Position numbers and translations under genes: made by a program. 64,000 nt of DNA from Verrucomicrobiota bacterium (GTDB lineage: Bacteria; Verrucomicrobiota; Verrucomicrobiia; Limisphaerales; JACPZS01). A model generated the notes under the pieces. It searched no databases. It was given only the letters and a program-made list of their open reading frames with translations, and was not told the origin of the DNA. This document shows positions 47,202-55,792 of this stretch, in pieces; the stretch's first letter is position 1, and each line of letters starts with the position of its first letter. The stretch is from positions 5,671 to 69,670 of the forward strand of contig JACPZS010000086.1 of NCBI GenBank assembly GCA_016195385.1, given 5' to 3'.

Positions 47202-47251
47202 GGGCGGGCGCGTTCGTAACCTGATTGTTGGTTGCCCGGACGCGCCCGCCC
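47202..47251 (+). other. GC-rich stem-loop in the pstS-pstC intergenic region
   Basis: A 12-bp perfect stem GGGCGGGCGCGT / ACGCGCCCGCCC encloses a 26-nt loop. No T-tract follows it. Confidence 0.5.
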
Positions 47252-47268
47252 TTAATAGTCTTTAACGC

Positions 47269-48456
47269 ATGAGCATCCCGACGCCATCCGCAAAACGCAC
47301 CATCGGTTGGATGGGAATCCAACGCGGCCATCGCGCGCGCCCGTTCGAGTGGTTGATGGAGAAATTCATCTTTCTCGTTTCACTGTCGGCCATCTTGATG
47401 GTCTTCCTGATTTTCATCTTTGTGGCGCGCGAAGCCTTGCCGATTTTTTTCGGACAGATGAACAGCGCACCGGTCCAGCCCGCCCTGCCCGTCGAGGAGA
47501 TGAACAAGTTGCCGAAGGAGAAACTGCGCGAGTACCTGGGCTTGTCGCCGGCGAAATTTGCCGCGATGGACGAGGAAACGAAGAAGCTGCTCATGGAGGC
47601 ACGTCTTGAGGCGCAAACTGAGATCCCTGAAGCATTGCGTCAGAACAAAGACGCGATGCTCAATACCACGCAGTGGCGTTACTTGCTCCAGCCGTATCAA
47701 TGGACGGATTACGACAAACCCGAATACATCTGGCAGCCCATCGGCCAGATTCACAAATACAACATCATGCCTTTGCTGATCGGCAGTTTGAAGACCACGT
47801 TCGCCGGGCTGGTGTTCGCCGTGCCGCTGGCGATTGCCGCCGCAATTTACGTTTCGCAACTGGCCCGGCCGCGCTGGCGCGAAATCATCAAGCCCGGCAT
47901 TGAGCTTTTGTCGGCGATCCCCTCCGTGGTCGTCGGCTCCTTCACGATGCTCGTGTTGGCGACGTTTTTGCAGAAAGTCTTCGGCTATCAAACACGTCTC
48001 AATGCCTTTGTAGCTGGCGTCGGCCTCAGTCTGGCGGTGATTCCAGTCGTGTTCACAATCGCGGAAGACGCGTTGACCAGTGTGCCGCGCAGTTACACAC
48101 AGGCGGCGCTCGCGCTGGGCGCGTCGAAATGGCAGGCGGCGTGGCAAATCGTCCTGCCGGCGGGTTTGCCCGGAGTGTTCGCCGCCGTCGTGCTCGGCTT
48201 TGGCCGCGCCATCGGCGAGACAATGATCGTGCTGATGGTGTGCTCGGCGAGCGTGATGTCGTGGAGCTTGTTCGATTCGGCGCGGAGCATCACGACGACC
48301 ATCGCGGCGGAAATGGCGGAGGCCGTGGCAGGCAGCCATCATTATCGGATCCTTTTCATGCTCGGCGCGCTGCTGTTCGCGGTGACGTTTGTGACGAACA
48401 TGATCGGCGACCTCGTCATCCACCGGCTCAAGCGCAAACTGGAGGGCAAACGCTGA
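47269..48456 (+). CDS. pstC: phosphate ABC transporter permease PstC
   Basis: 395 aa with an extended periplasmic N-terminal loop. The EAA-type loop AALALGASKWQAAWQIVLPAGLPGV and GRAIGETMIVLMV are present. Confidence 0.9.
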   Translation: MSIPTPSAKRTIGWMGIQRGHRARPFEWLMEKFIFLVSLSAILMVFLIFIFVAREALPIFFGQMNSAPVQPALPVEEMNKLPKEKLREYLGLSPAKFAAMDEETKKLLMEARLEAQTEIPEALRQNKDAMLNTTQWRYLLQPYQWTDYDKPEYIWQPIGQIHKYNIMPLLIGSLKTTFAGLVFAVPLAIAAAIYVSQLARPRWREIIKPGIELLSAIPSVVVGSFTMLVLATFLQKVFGYQTRLNAFVAGVGLSLAVIPVVFTIAEDALTSVPRSYTQAALALGASKWQAAWQIVLPAGLPGVFAAVVLGFGRAIGETMIVLMVCSASVMSWSLFDSARSITTTIAAEMAEAVAGSHHYRILFMLGALLFAVTFVTNMIGDLVIHRLKRKLEGKR

Positions 48457-49419
48457 ATGAACTCCACGCCTCTCGCCTCGCCTGAACTGCGCCGTGATTT
48501 TCGCGCCAAGTCCTTTGACTTTGCATCGTTCCTGTTTGGCGGCGCGACAGGCCTGGCGACGTTGCTGATCCTCGGCATCCTGGCAGTGATCCTGATCAAT
48601 ACACTGGTCAATGGTTGGTCCGGTTTGTCCTGGCGGTTCGTTTCCACCATCGCCAAAAAAGATTTCTTCGATCCGGATACGGCTGCGATTTTGCCAATGA
48701 TTGTGGGGACCACGCTGCGAGTTTTCGTAATGACATTTTTCGTCATTCCAGTCGGCGTGATCACGGCGATTTATTTAACTGAGTACGCGCACAACACTTC
48801 TGTCTTCACGCGCATCATTCGCAGTGCGGTCAACAATCTGGCCGGCGTTCCATCCATTGTGTTCGGCCTGTTCGGGTTGGGCTTCTTCATCAACTTCATC
48901 GGTCGCAACCTGGACACGCTGCTGCGCTACGATCAGCCGACATGGGGTCACGAATCCATCTTGTGGGCTTCGATGACACTGGCCGTGATGACCTTGCCGG
49001 TCGTTATCGTCGCGACGGAGGAATCGTTGAAAGCGATTCCGACCGGTTTGCGCGAGGCGAGTCTTGCGCTGGGTGCCACGAAGCTGGAAACGATTCTCAA
49101 GATCGTGCTGCCCCAGGCGTTGCCTGGCATTTTGACGGGCGGTATTCTGGCGGTGAGTCGCGCGGCGGGCGAGGTCGCGCCGATTCTCTTCACGGGCGCG
49201 GCGTATTTCATCGCGGATTTGCCGCACAAACTGACCGACCAATTCATGGATCTGGGCTACCACGTTTATGTGCTGTCCACGCAATCGGACAACATCGAAA
49301 AAACGCGGCCCATTCTTTTCGCCACGATTTTGGCGCTCTTGTTGTTGACGTTCGCGTTGAATGTCGTCGCGATTTTTGTGCGCGCCAATATGCGGAAAAA
49401 ACTGCGCTCTCTCCAATGA
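48457..49419 (+). CDS. pstA: phosphate ABC transporter permease PstA
   Basis: The ATG immediately follows the pstC stop. ASLALGATKLETILKIVLPQALPGILTGGILAVSRAAGEVAPILFTGA is typical of PstA. Confidence 0.9.
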   Translation: MNSTPLASPELRRDFRAKSFDFASFLFGGATGLATLLILGILAVILINTLVNGWSGLSWRFVSTIAKKDFFDPDTAAILPMIVGTTLRVFVMTFFVIPVGVITAIYLTEYAHNTSVFTRIIRSAVNNLAGVPSIVFGLFGLGFFINFIGRNLDTLLRYDQPTWGHESILWASMTLAVMTLPVVIVATEESLKAIPTGLREASLALGATKLETILKIVLPQALPGILTGGILAVSRAAGEVAPILFTGAAYFIADLPHKLTDQFMDLGYHVYVLSTQSDNIEKTRPILFATILALLLLTFALNVVAIFVRANMRKKLRSLQ

Positions 49420-49427
49420 ACTGATTT

Positions 49428-50249
49428 ATGACCGAGACGACTGTTTCCCGGCTGAATGTCACCGCAGCGACTGCCGTCGCGGCTGGCGGGGACATTGCGC
49501 CGCTTATTGATGTGCGGGAGCTTTCGCTGTTTTACGGCCCGACGCAGGCGCTCAAACGGATTTCCCTCACGATTCGGGAAAAACTGGTGACGGCTTTCAT
49601 CGGGCCGTCCGGCTGCGGCAAGTCCACGTTCCTGCGCTGCTTCAACCGGATGAACGATCTCATCGACAACGTTCGCATCGAAGGCGAAGTCAAAATTGCC
49701 GGACAGGACATCAACAGCCGCGAGGTGGACGTGATCGAATTGCGCAAACGCGTGGGCATGGTCTTCCAGCGCTCCAATCCGTTTCCGAAATCGATCTACG
49801 AAAACATCGCGTATGGTTTGCGGCTCCACGGCACGCGCGACAAATCGACCCTGGATGGCGTCGTCGAACAAAGCCTCCGCAGCGCGGCGCTCTGGGGTGA
49901 GGTCAAAGATCGTTTGCAGTCGAGTGCGCTGGGATTGTCAGGCGGCCAGCAACAGCGACTCTGCATTGCGCGCGCGATTGCGATCCGGCCGGAGATTATT
50001 TTGATGGACGAGCCGGCGTCGGCGCTGGATCCCATCGCCACGGCCAAGATCGAAGACTTGATTCTCGAACTGAAGCGCGAGTTCACTATTGTGATCGTGA
50101 CACATAACATGCAGCAGGCCGCGCGCATCTCCGACCACACGGCGTTTTTTTACCTGGGCGAATTGATCGAGTACGACAACACGCATAAAATTTTTACGAA
50201 CCCGGCGAAGAAACAAACGGAAGACTACGTGACCGGACGCTTTGGTTGA
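49428..50249 (+). CDS. pstB: phosphate ABC transporter ATP-binding protein PstB
   Basis: Walker A is GPSGCGKST, the signature is [14 protein letters not shown], and Walker B is [11 protein letters not shown]. The PstB-specific motif FNRMNDLI is present. Confidence 0.95.
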   Translation: MTETTVSRLNVTAATAVAAGGDIAPLIDVRELSLFYGPTQALKRISLTIREKLVTAFIGPSGCGKSTFLRCFNRMNDLIDNVRIEGEVKIAGQDINSREVDVIELRKRVGMVFQRSNPFPKSIYENIAYGLRLHGTRDKSTLDGVVEQSLRSAALWGEVKDRLQSSALGLSGGQQQRLCIARAIAIRPEIILMDEPASALDPIATAKIEDLILELKREFTIVIVTHNMQQAARISDHTAFFYLGELIEYDNTHKIFTNPAKKQTEDYVTGRFG

Positions 50250-50327
50250 GCAAGGATCGAGAGCGCGTCGAATTGGCAATGAAATCTCTCCGGCAGATAC
50301 AAACGACAATCACAAACGAAATTGGTT

Positions 50328-50990
50328 ATGACTCATTTTGAAGGCGAACTGGCGGAGTTGAAGGAGAAGCTGCTGTTGATGGCAAGTCATGCCACCGCTG
50401 CGGTCACGGACTCGGTCAAAGCCCTGGTGGATCGCAATGACGACCTGGCCCGCTCAGTCGTGGCGCGGGATGACGTCATCGATCAATTGGAGATGGCGAT
50501 TGATGAATTGAGCATCACGCTGCTTTCCAAGGCCCCGCTGGCGACAGATTTGCGGCTGATCACGGTGGCGATGAAGGCGGCGCGTGATTTGGAGCGCATC
50601 GGTGACGAAGCGACGAGCATCGCCAAGCGCGCGATCGAACTGAGCGAGGAACCACAGCTCAAGCCGTACGTCGATATTCCCCGCATGGCCTCCATCGCGC
50701 TGGAGATGTTCAAAGACGCCCTCGATGCCTTCGTCAATCACGACACGGAAAAGGCGCGCGCCGTGATTCCACGCGACAAGGAGGTGGATGCGATCAACAA
50801 ACAGCTTCATCGCGAACTGGCCAGTTACATGGTGGAGCGACCGGCGACGATTTCGCGCTGTCTCAAATTGATGGCGATTTCCAAACGACTGGAACGGGTC
50901 GCCGATCACGCCAAGAACGTTGCCGAAGAGGTCGTTTATTTGTATGAAGGCTGCGACATTCGACACGGTGGTGGCGGAACCAAAGCTTAA
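50328..50990 (+). CDS. phoU: phosphate signalling regulator PhoU
   Basis: The two-repeat helical PhoU fold is present. MTHFEGELAELKEKLLLMASH, DDVIDQLEMAIDE and ERIGDEATSIAKR / ERVADHAKNVAEE are the paired E(R)xxD motifs. An alternative TTG start is at 50322. Confidence 0.9.
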   Translation: MTHFEGELAELKEKLLLMASHATAAVTDSVKALVDRNDDLARSVVARDDVIDQLEMAIDELSITLLSKAPLATDLRLITVAMKAARDLERIGDEATSIAKRAIELSEEPQLKPYVDIPRMASIALEMFKDALDAFVNHDTEKARAVIPRDKEVDAINKQLHRELASYMVERPATISRCLKLMAISKRLERVADHAKNVAEEVVYLYEGCDIRHGGGGTKA

Positions 50991-51010
50991 CCAAGCTCAC
51001 AAAAAATCCT

Positions 51011-51487
51011 GTGAACGAAGAACTAATCCCGAGCAATCCAACTGAATCGTCGCCCAGTGCCGGGAGCGCGATCGTTTCGCCGCCGACCGGTGTCAAAAAA
51101 GCCGCGCCGTTGAAAAGAAAAGTGATTTCCGTTTCGCCACTGGCCCGCTCTGTCCGTGTGGCGGCCCGGCGAAAGGCAAAGCCGCCGGCTGTGGGAAAAG
51201 GCCAGTTCAAAGAGTTGTTGAATCGGTTGCAACGGCTTCGCCAAATCACGCGGGAAACTGCGCTGGCCTACCTCACTAAAATTGATCTCGACCTGTCGGC
51301 TATTGTGAAGCGTTTGACTGATGACGGCAAAGCGGGCAAGCGCCGTCCGCTGAAGGGCGGCACGCTCAAGCAGATGCTCAAGCTCGCCAAGAAGATTGAT
51401 CTCAAACCGGCCAAAGGGCGGCGCAAGGATTTGCGAAAAATTGAAAAAGCGGTCGCTCAGATCAAACGCCGCATGGACCGCAAATAA
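51011..51487 (+). CDS. highly basic hypothetical protein
   Basis: GTG-initiated ORF of 158 aa between phoU and the CHAD gene on the same strand. By my hand count about 42 Lys/Arg occur in the last ~130 residues. I recognise no domain, and coding status is moderately supported only. Confidence 0.5.
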   Translation: MNEELIPSNPTESSPSAGSAIVSPPTGVKKAAPLKRKVISVSPLARSVRVAARRKAKPPAVGKGQFKELLNRLQRLRQITRETALAYLTKIDLDLSAIVKRLTDDGKAGKRRPLKGGTLKQMLKLAKKIDLKPAKGRRKDLRKIEKAVAQIKRRMDRK

Positions 51488-51495
51488 CGCCGGCG

Positions 51496-52470
51496 GTGCT
51501 GCTGTCACCATTGGCCATCACGTTTCGTCCGGGATGGAAGGCGATGGAAGAATCAAAGACCAATCACTGCGCTGGTCTGCGCGTGAACAAATTGCTGGCG
51601 CAATCGTTCGCGGCGCGCGAACGCGGTTTTCGCAAGGCGTTCAAGCGCTGCCGCCGTCATTGCTCGGAGCGCACGGTTCATGAATTGCGGGTTTCGTCGC
51701 GGCGGCTGATTGCGACGCTGGAAGTGTTGGGAAGCATTGTGTCCATCGGCGAGATTGAAGAAGCGCGCCGCGCCTTGAAAAAACTCCTGCGTTTGTTTGG
51801 GCCGCTGCGCGACGCGCACATCCGCTTGCTTTACTTCGAGGAGTTGCTGCCCCAATTTCCCGCGCTGGAAAAACCGTTCCGGGCCGCCGCGCAACAGGAG
51901 CAGGACTTCATGGAAAAAGTGGGCCGGGTTTTGCGCCGAACCAAACTCGGCAGTTTGGCAAAACAACTGGCGCGTGTGCGGTTCACGCTGAACAAGAAAC
52001 TCCGGAACGCGGCTTCCGCGGATCAGCTCAGGACTTTGCGGGCGGTGGTGGATGAGGCGTTCGGCCTCGTCCAGCACCGGCGTGGGCGGGTGGACGCCGC
52101 CGATGTGTCGACGATCCACCGCGTGCGTGTCGCTTTCAAAAAATTTCGCTACATGGCGGAGGCGCTCCAGCGGCTTTTGCCGCGCATGAGCGAGCGCCGT
52201 TTGGAAGCGATGCGCAATTTTCAGGCGCGCCTGGGTGACATTCAGGATCTCGAAGTGATCGCCGGCTATTTGCGAGACTATGCGATGGAGCGGAAGCCGA
52301 AGTTCAGAAAAGTATTGGCGCCCGCGTTGCATGAACTTCAAATGAAGCACGACGAATTGATCCGGACTTTTGTCCAGAATCAAAGCCAGCTCGATCGGTT
52401 CCGGCCTTCGCCAAAGCGTCACTCGCGGGCGTGGCGAACACCGCGAATCGTTTTCAAATCCAACGCATGA
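51496..52470 (+). CDS. CHAD domain protein (polyphosphate-granule-associated family)
   Basis: Repeated CHAD helices carry the conserved H..R motifs (VHELRVSSRRLIATLEVL, IHRVRVAFKKFRYMAEAL). The GTG at 51496 or the ATG at 51544 are possible starts. Confidence 0.8.
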   Translation: MLLSPLAITFRPGWKAMEESKTNHCAGLRVNKLLAQSFAARERGFRKAFKRCRRHCSERTVHELRVSSRRLIATLEVLGSIVSIGEIEEARRALKKLLRLFGPLRDAHIRLLYFEELLPQFPALEKPFRAAAQQEQDFMEKVGRVLRRTKLGSLAKQLARVRFTLNKKLRNAASADQLRTLRAVVDEAFGLVQHRRGRVDAADVSTIHRVRVAFKKFRYMAEALQRLLPRMSERRLEAMRNFQARLGDIQDLEVIAGYLRDYAMERKPKFRKVLAPALHELQMKHDELIRTFVQNQSQLDRFRPSPKRHSRAWRTPRIVFKSNA

Positions 52471-52973
52471 ACTTTTATTTGCTGAGACACGCCAAAGCCG
52501 AGGATCTCGGCGCGCGCGACACGCGCCGGGATTCCGGGCGCGTGCTGGTTCCCGCGGGCGTCAAGCGGATGCGTCGCGCAGCGAAAGGAATGCGTGCTCT
52601 CGATTTACGGTTTGACGTAATCCTTTCGAGTCCGTTTCGCCGCGCGCGCGAGACGGCGGAAATTGTGGCCGACGTTTTCAAAGCTACGAAGAAATTACGC
52701 AACGTGGCAGCGCTGGAGCCGGAAAACGATCCGGAGGACATCTTGGACTATTTGCGGCAGTTCGAGCGAGCGACGGACGACGTGTTGCTCGTCGGGCATG
52801 AACCTCATCTGAGCCGGTTGGTGGCCGCCTTGGTTGCCGGCGGCGGCGCGATCAGCCTCAATTTCAAGAAGGCCGGGCTGTGCAAGCTGCGCGGCGAGTT
52901 GCGACGCGGACGGGCGGCGGCGAGTTTGGAATGGTTTTTGACGCCGCGTCAGTTGGAGCAGCTCGCGGATTAA
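52467..52973 (+). CDS. sixA: phosphohistidine phosphatase SixA
   Basis: The ATG overlaps the CHAD stop (ATGA). The N-terminus is MNFYLLRHAKAE (RHA/RHG catalytic motif). SSPFRRARETAEI and LLVGHEPHLS are typical of SixA-type histidine phosphatases. Confidence 0.8.
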   Translation: MNFYLLRHAKAEDLGARDTRRDSGRVLVPAGVKRMRRAAKGMRALDLRFDVILSSPFRRARETAEIVADVFKATKKLRNVAALEPENDPEDILDYLRQFERATDDVLLVGHEPHLSRLVAALVAGGGAISLNFKKAGLCKLRGELRRGRAAASLEWFLTPRQLEQLAD

Positions 52974-53068
52974 AGGCCGGCGGGTATTTGCGCTGACACC
53001 CATTTGTCACCTGGTTGTTTCCGAGGTGTCGTTGTGAGCGGGTGCGTGTGCGGTTAAACTTTGGTCAG

Positions 53069-53608
53069 ATGCATAGAGTATTAGTTGTGGACGACGAGGC
53101 GGATGTCGTGGATTTGGTTGCCTTCAATTTCAAGAATGCGGGCTACGAAGTGGTCACGGCATCCAATGGCGATGAAGCGTTGACCAAGGCGCGGACAACT
53201 TCGCCGTCCATTATTTTGCTGGATGTGATGCTTCCCGGCATTGATGGCTTTGAAGTGTGCCGCCTCCTGCGCCGCGACCCGACGACGAGCGGGCTGCCAA
53301 TCATCATGGTGACGGCGCGAGCGACCGAGCTTTCGCGCGCGGTGGGTCTGGAATCAGGCGCGGACGCTTACATGACCAAGCCCTTCAGCCCGCGCGAGCT
53401 GGTGGTGCGGGCGAACCATCTGTTGTTGGGCCGGGATTTGCGCGCGGAGGCGCCCGAGGAATACAATTTGAAGGACGTGTTCATCGATGTGCCCGGACAA
53501 TTTGTTTCGGTGAATGGTCAGCGCATGGATCTCACCGCGCCGGAGATCAAACTGGTGAGCCAATTGACGAACGCCATTTTGCGCCGTTTGGATGCGGACT
53601 GGATCTGA
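53069..53608 (+). CDS. PhoB-like response regulator with truncated winged-helix domain
   Basis: It has a complete receiver (VLVVDDEADVVDLV, IILLDVMLPGIDG, GADAYMTKPFSPRELV). The output domain stops after the first helix (MDLTAPEIKLVSQLTNAILRRLDADWI-stop). The recognition helix and wing are therefore missing. Confidence 0.75.
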   Translation: MHRVLVVDDEADVVDLVAFNFKNAGYEVVTASNGDEALTKARTTSPSIILLDVMLPGIDGFEVCRLLRRDPTTSGLPIIMVTARATELSRAVGLESGADAYMTKPFSPRELVVRANHLLLGRDLRAEAPEEYNLKDVFIDVPGQFVSVNGQRMDLTAPEIKLVSQLTNAILRRLDADWI

Positions 53609-53664
53609 CCCCGGCTGTCGCAAGCCTCCGCGATGGCTCGCAGGCAAAACTTGATTGTAAGAAT

Positions 53665-54393
53665 ATGGTCGTTGAAGAACAATTGCCACCGGTGGCCGCC
53701 AAAAATAAATCCACGGCAAAGATTCTGGTCGTTGACGACGAGCCAGATGCCATCGAATTGATCCGTTTCAACTTGAACGCGGCTGGTTACGAAGTAATCA
53801 CCGCCGAGGATGGCGAGGAGGCGCTCAAACGCGCTCGTGCAACCGCGCCGGACTTGATCCTGCTGGACATCATGCTGCCGGAAGTGGACGGACTGGAAGT
53901 CTGCAAAATTCTCCGGCGCGATCCTGCCACGTCGGCGATTCCCATCATCATGCTGACGGCGAAGGCGGCGGAGATTGACCGCGTGCTGGGATTGGAGTTG
54001 GGCGCGGATGATTACGTGACCAAACCATTTAGTCCGCGCGAATTGGTGCTGCGCATCAAGAGCAGGTTGCGGCGGAACCAGCCGAACGAAACCAAGGCGG
54101 ATCAAATCCGGCTCGGCGAGTTGCACATCGACATTCCCCGGCATCAGGTGCTCGTGCAGGGCAAGGAAATTGATCTGACGGCCACCGAGTTCAAGTTGCT
54201 CACGGTGCTGGCGCAGCGCCGTGGACGCGTGCAGTCACGCGATCAACTCCTGCAAGATGTGTGGGAGTACGACAACATGATCGATACGCGCACGGTGGAC
54301 ACGCACATGCGCCGCTTGCGCGAGAAATTGGGGCGAGCCGCGAAGTATCTGGATACAGTTCGCGGCGTTGGTTATCGTTTCGTGGAAAGCTGA
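53665..54393 (+). CDS. phoB: phosphate regulon response regulator PhoB
   Basis: The ATG at 53665 gives MVVEEQ...KILVVDDEPDAIELI. The receiver has LILLDIMLPEVDG and GADDYVTKPFSPRELV. The winged helix is full length (LTATEFKLLTVLAQRRGRVQSRDQLLQDVW ... VRGVGYRF). It is adjacent to a PhoR-like kinase and the pst-phoU genes. Confidence 0.85.
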   Translation: MVVEEQLPPVAAKNKSTAKILVVDDEPDAIELIRFNLNAAGYEVITAEDGEEALKRARATAPDLILLDIMLPEVDGLEVCKILRRDPATSAIPIIMLTAKAAEIDRVLGLELGADDYVTKPFSPRELVLRIKSRLRRNQPNETKADQIRLGELHIDIPRHQVLVQGKEIDLTATEFKLLTVLAQRRGRVQSRDQLLQDVWEYDNMIDTRTVDTHMRRLREKLGRAAKYLDTVRGVGYRFVES

Positions 54394-54487
54394 AGCGCGA
54401 CCGGCGAATGCGCTTCGCGTCCCGCCGATTGACTGGCGCGGGTTCGCGCTTGCTTTACCTTCCCTCATTTCGCCACCGTTTCTCCGT

Positions 54488-55669
54488 ATGTTCTGGCCGG
54501 CATTGGCAATCGTTTTCGGTTTGGCGTTGGGCGCTGCCTGGTATTATTGGCGTCAGCACCAGGCGGAAGCGAAGCGCGAGCTGGCAGCGCGTGAAACTCG
54601 TGTTGCGGAACTGGAGGAACAGCAGCGGTTGATTCGTGAACAAGCCCGTGATCAGCAGCAGGCGTTGTTCAACAGCATGGTCGAAGGCGTGCTGTTTGTG
54701 GATCGCGACGGGCGCATTCAATCCGCCAATTCATCGCTGGAACAACTTTTCGGACTGACCACCGACATCCGCGGACAGACGATTCTCGAAGCTTTGCGGA
54801 CGCATGAGCTTTCCGAACTGGCCGCGCGATTATTGCGCGACGGCACGGTTTCCGGACTCGAATTAAATTTGGCGGGGTTGAATTCACGTTGTCTCGAAGT
54901 GAATGCGGCGACTGTGTTGAACCAGACCGGCGAGCGACAGGGCGCGATTTTTGTCTTCCACGATTTGACGAGGATCAAACAACTGGAAAACACGCGGCAG
55001 GAATTCGTTGCCAACGTGAGCCATGAGTTGCGCACACCGCTGTCGTTGATCAAAGGATTTGTCGAAACACTGCTCGATGGCGCGAAGAACGATCCCGAAG
55101 TGGCGACGCGCTTTTTGCAGACGATCGAGAAGCATACTGATCGGCTGACTTACCTCATCGAAGATTTGCTGACGATTTCGCGGCTGGAATCAGGCCAAAT
55201 CGTGTTGAACCTGCAAAGTGTTGATTTGCGCGCGGCGGCCGGGCAAGTCATCGCCGACTTGAGTTCCCGGGCCAAGGCCAAGTCGGTGACTTTGGAAAAT
55301 CACGTGCCCGCGGGCTTGAGCGCCCGGGCGGACTCGGATCGATTGCAACAGGTGTTTTTCAACTTGATTGACAATGCGATCAAATACGGACGCGAAGGCG
55401 GTCGGGTGGAAGTGATGGGGGCTGCGTTCGCCGACTGGCAAGTGGAATTGCGCGTGACTGATGACGGAGCGGGCATTCCGCCCGAAGCGCAGGAGCGTGT
55501 GTTCGAGCGGTTTTATCGCGTGGATCGAGCGCGTTCGCGCGATACCGGCGGCACGGGACTGGGCCTGGCGATTGTCAAACACATCGTCCAATCGCATCAC
55601 GGCGAGGTGAGCGTGACCAGCGTGCCCGGCGAAGGAACATCGTTTCTCTTTCGGCTGCCAGAAAAGTGA
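54488..55669 (+). CDS. phoR: phosphate regulon sensor histidine kinase PhoR
   Basis: The ATG at 54488 gives the TM helix MFWPALAIVFGLALGAAWYYW. A PAS-like segment is present (MVEGVLFVDRDGRIQSAN). The H-box is FVANVSHELRTPLSLIKGF, with N/G boxes DNAIKYG, DDGAGIP and GGTGLGLAIV. Confidence 0.85.
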   Translation: MFWPALAIVFGLALGAAWYYWRQHQAEAKRELAARETRVAELEEQQRLIREQARDQQQALFNSMVEGVLFVDRDGRIQSANSSLEQLFGLTTDIRGQTILEALRTHELSELAARLLRDGTVSGLELNLAGLNSRCLEVNAATVLNQTGERQGAIFVFHDLTRIKQLENTRQEFVANVSHELRTPLSLIKGFVETLLDGAKNDPEVATRFLQTIEKHTDRLTYLIEDLLTISRLESGQIVLNLQSVDLRAAAGQVIADLSSRAKAKSVTLENHVPAGLSARADSDRLQQVFFNLIDNAIKYGREGGRVEVMGAAFADWQVELRVTDDGAGIPPEAQERVFERFYRVDRARSRDTGGTGLGLAIVKHIVQSHHGEVSVTSVPGEGTSFLFRLPEK

Positions 55670-55792
55670 CGAGGACCGGGCCTCGGCGTAATGCCGCCGG
55701 CGCGATTTCGCCTTAAGTTTGTGGCGGGCCTGCCGAATTACTCGTGTGGATTAGAAATTGGCACGCACGAGAATTTGCAGAAGTTGTAATTT

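Noticed and set aside
55768-55789. TTGGCAC ... TTTGCA upstream of the GspF/PilC gene, resembling a sigma-54 promoter.
   Set aside because: GG (55770-71) and GC (55787-88) are separated by 15 nt instead of the required 10, so the two elements are out of register.
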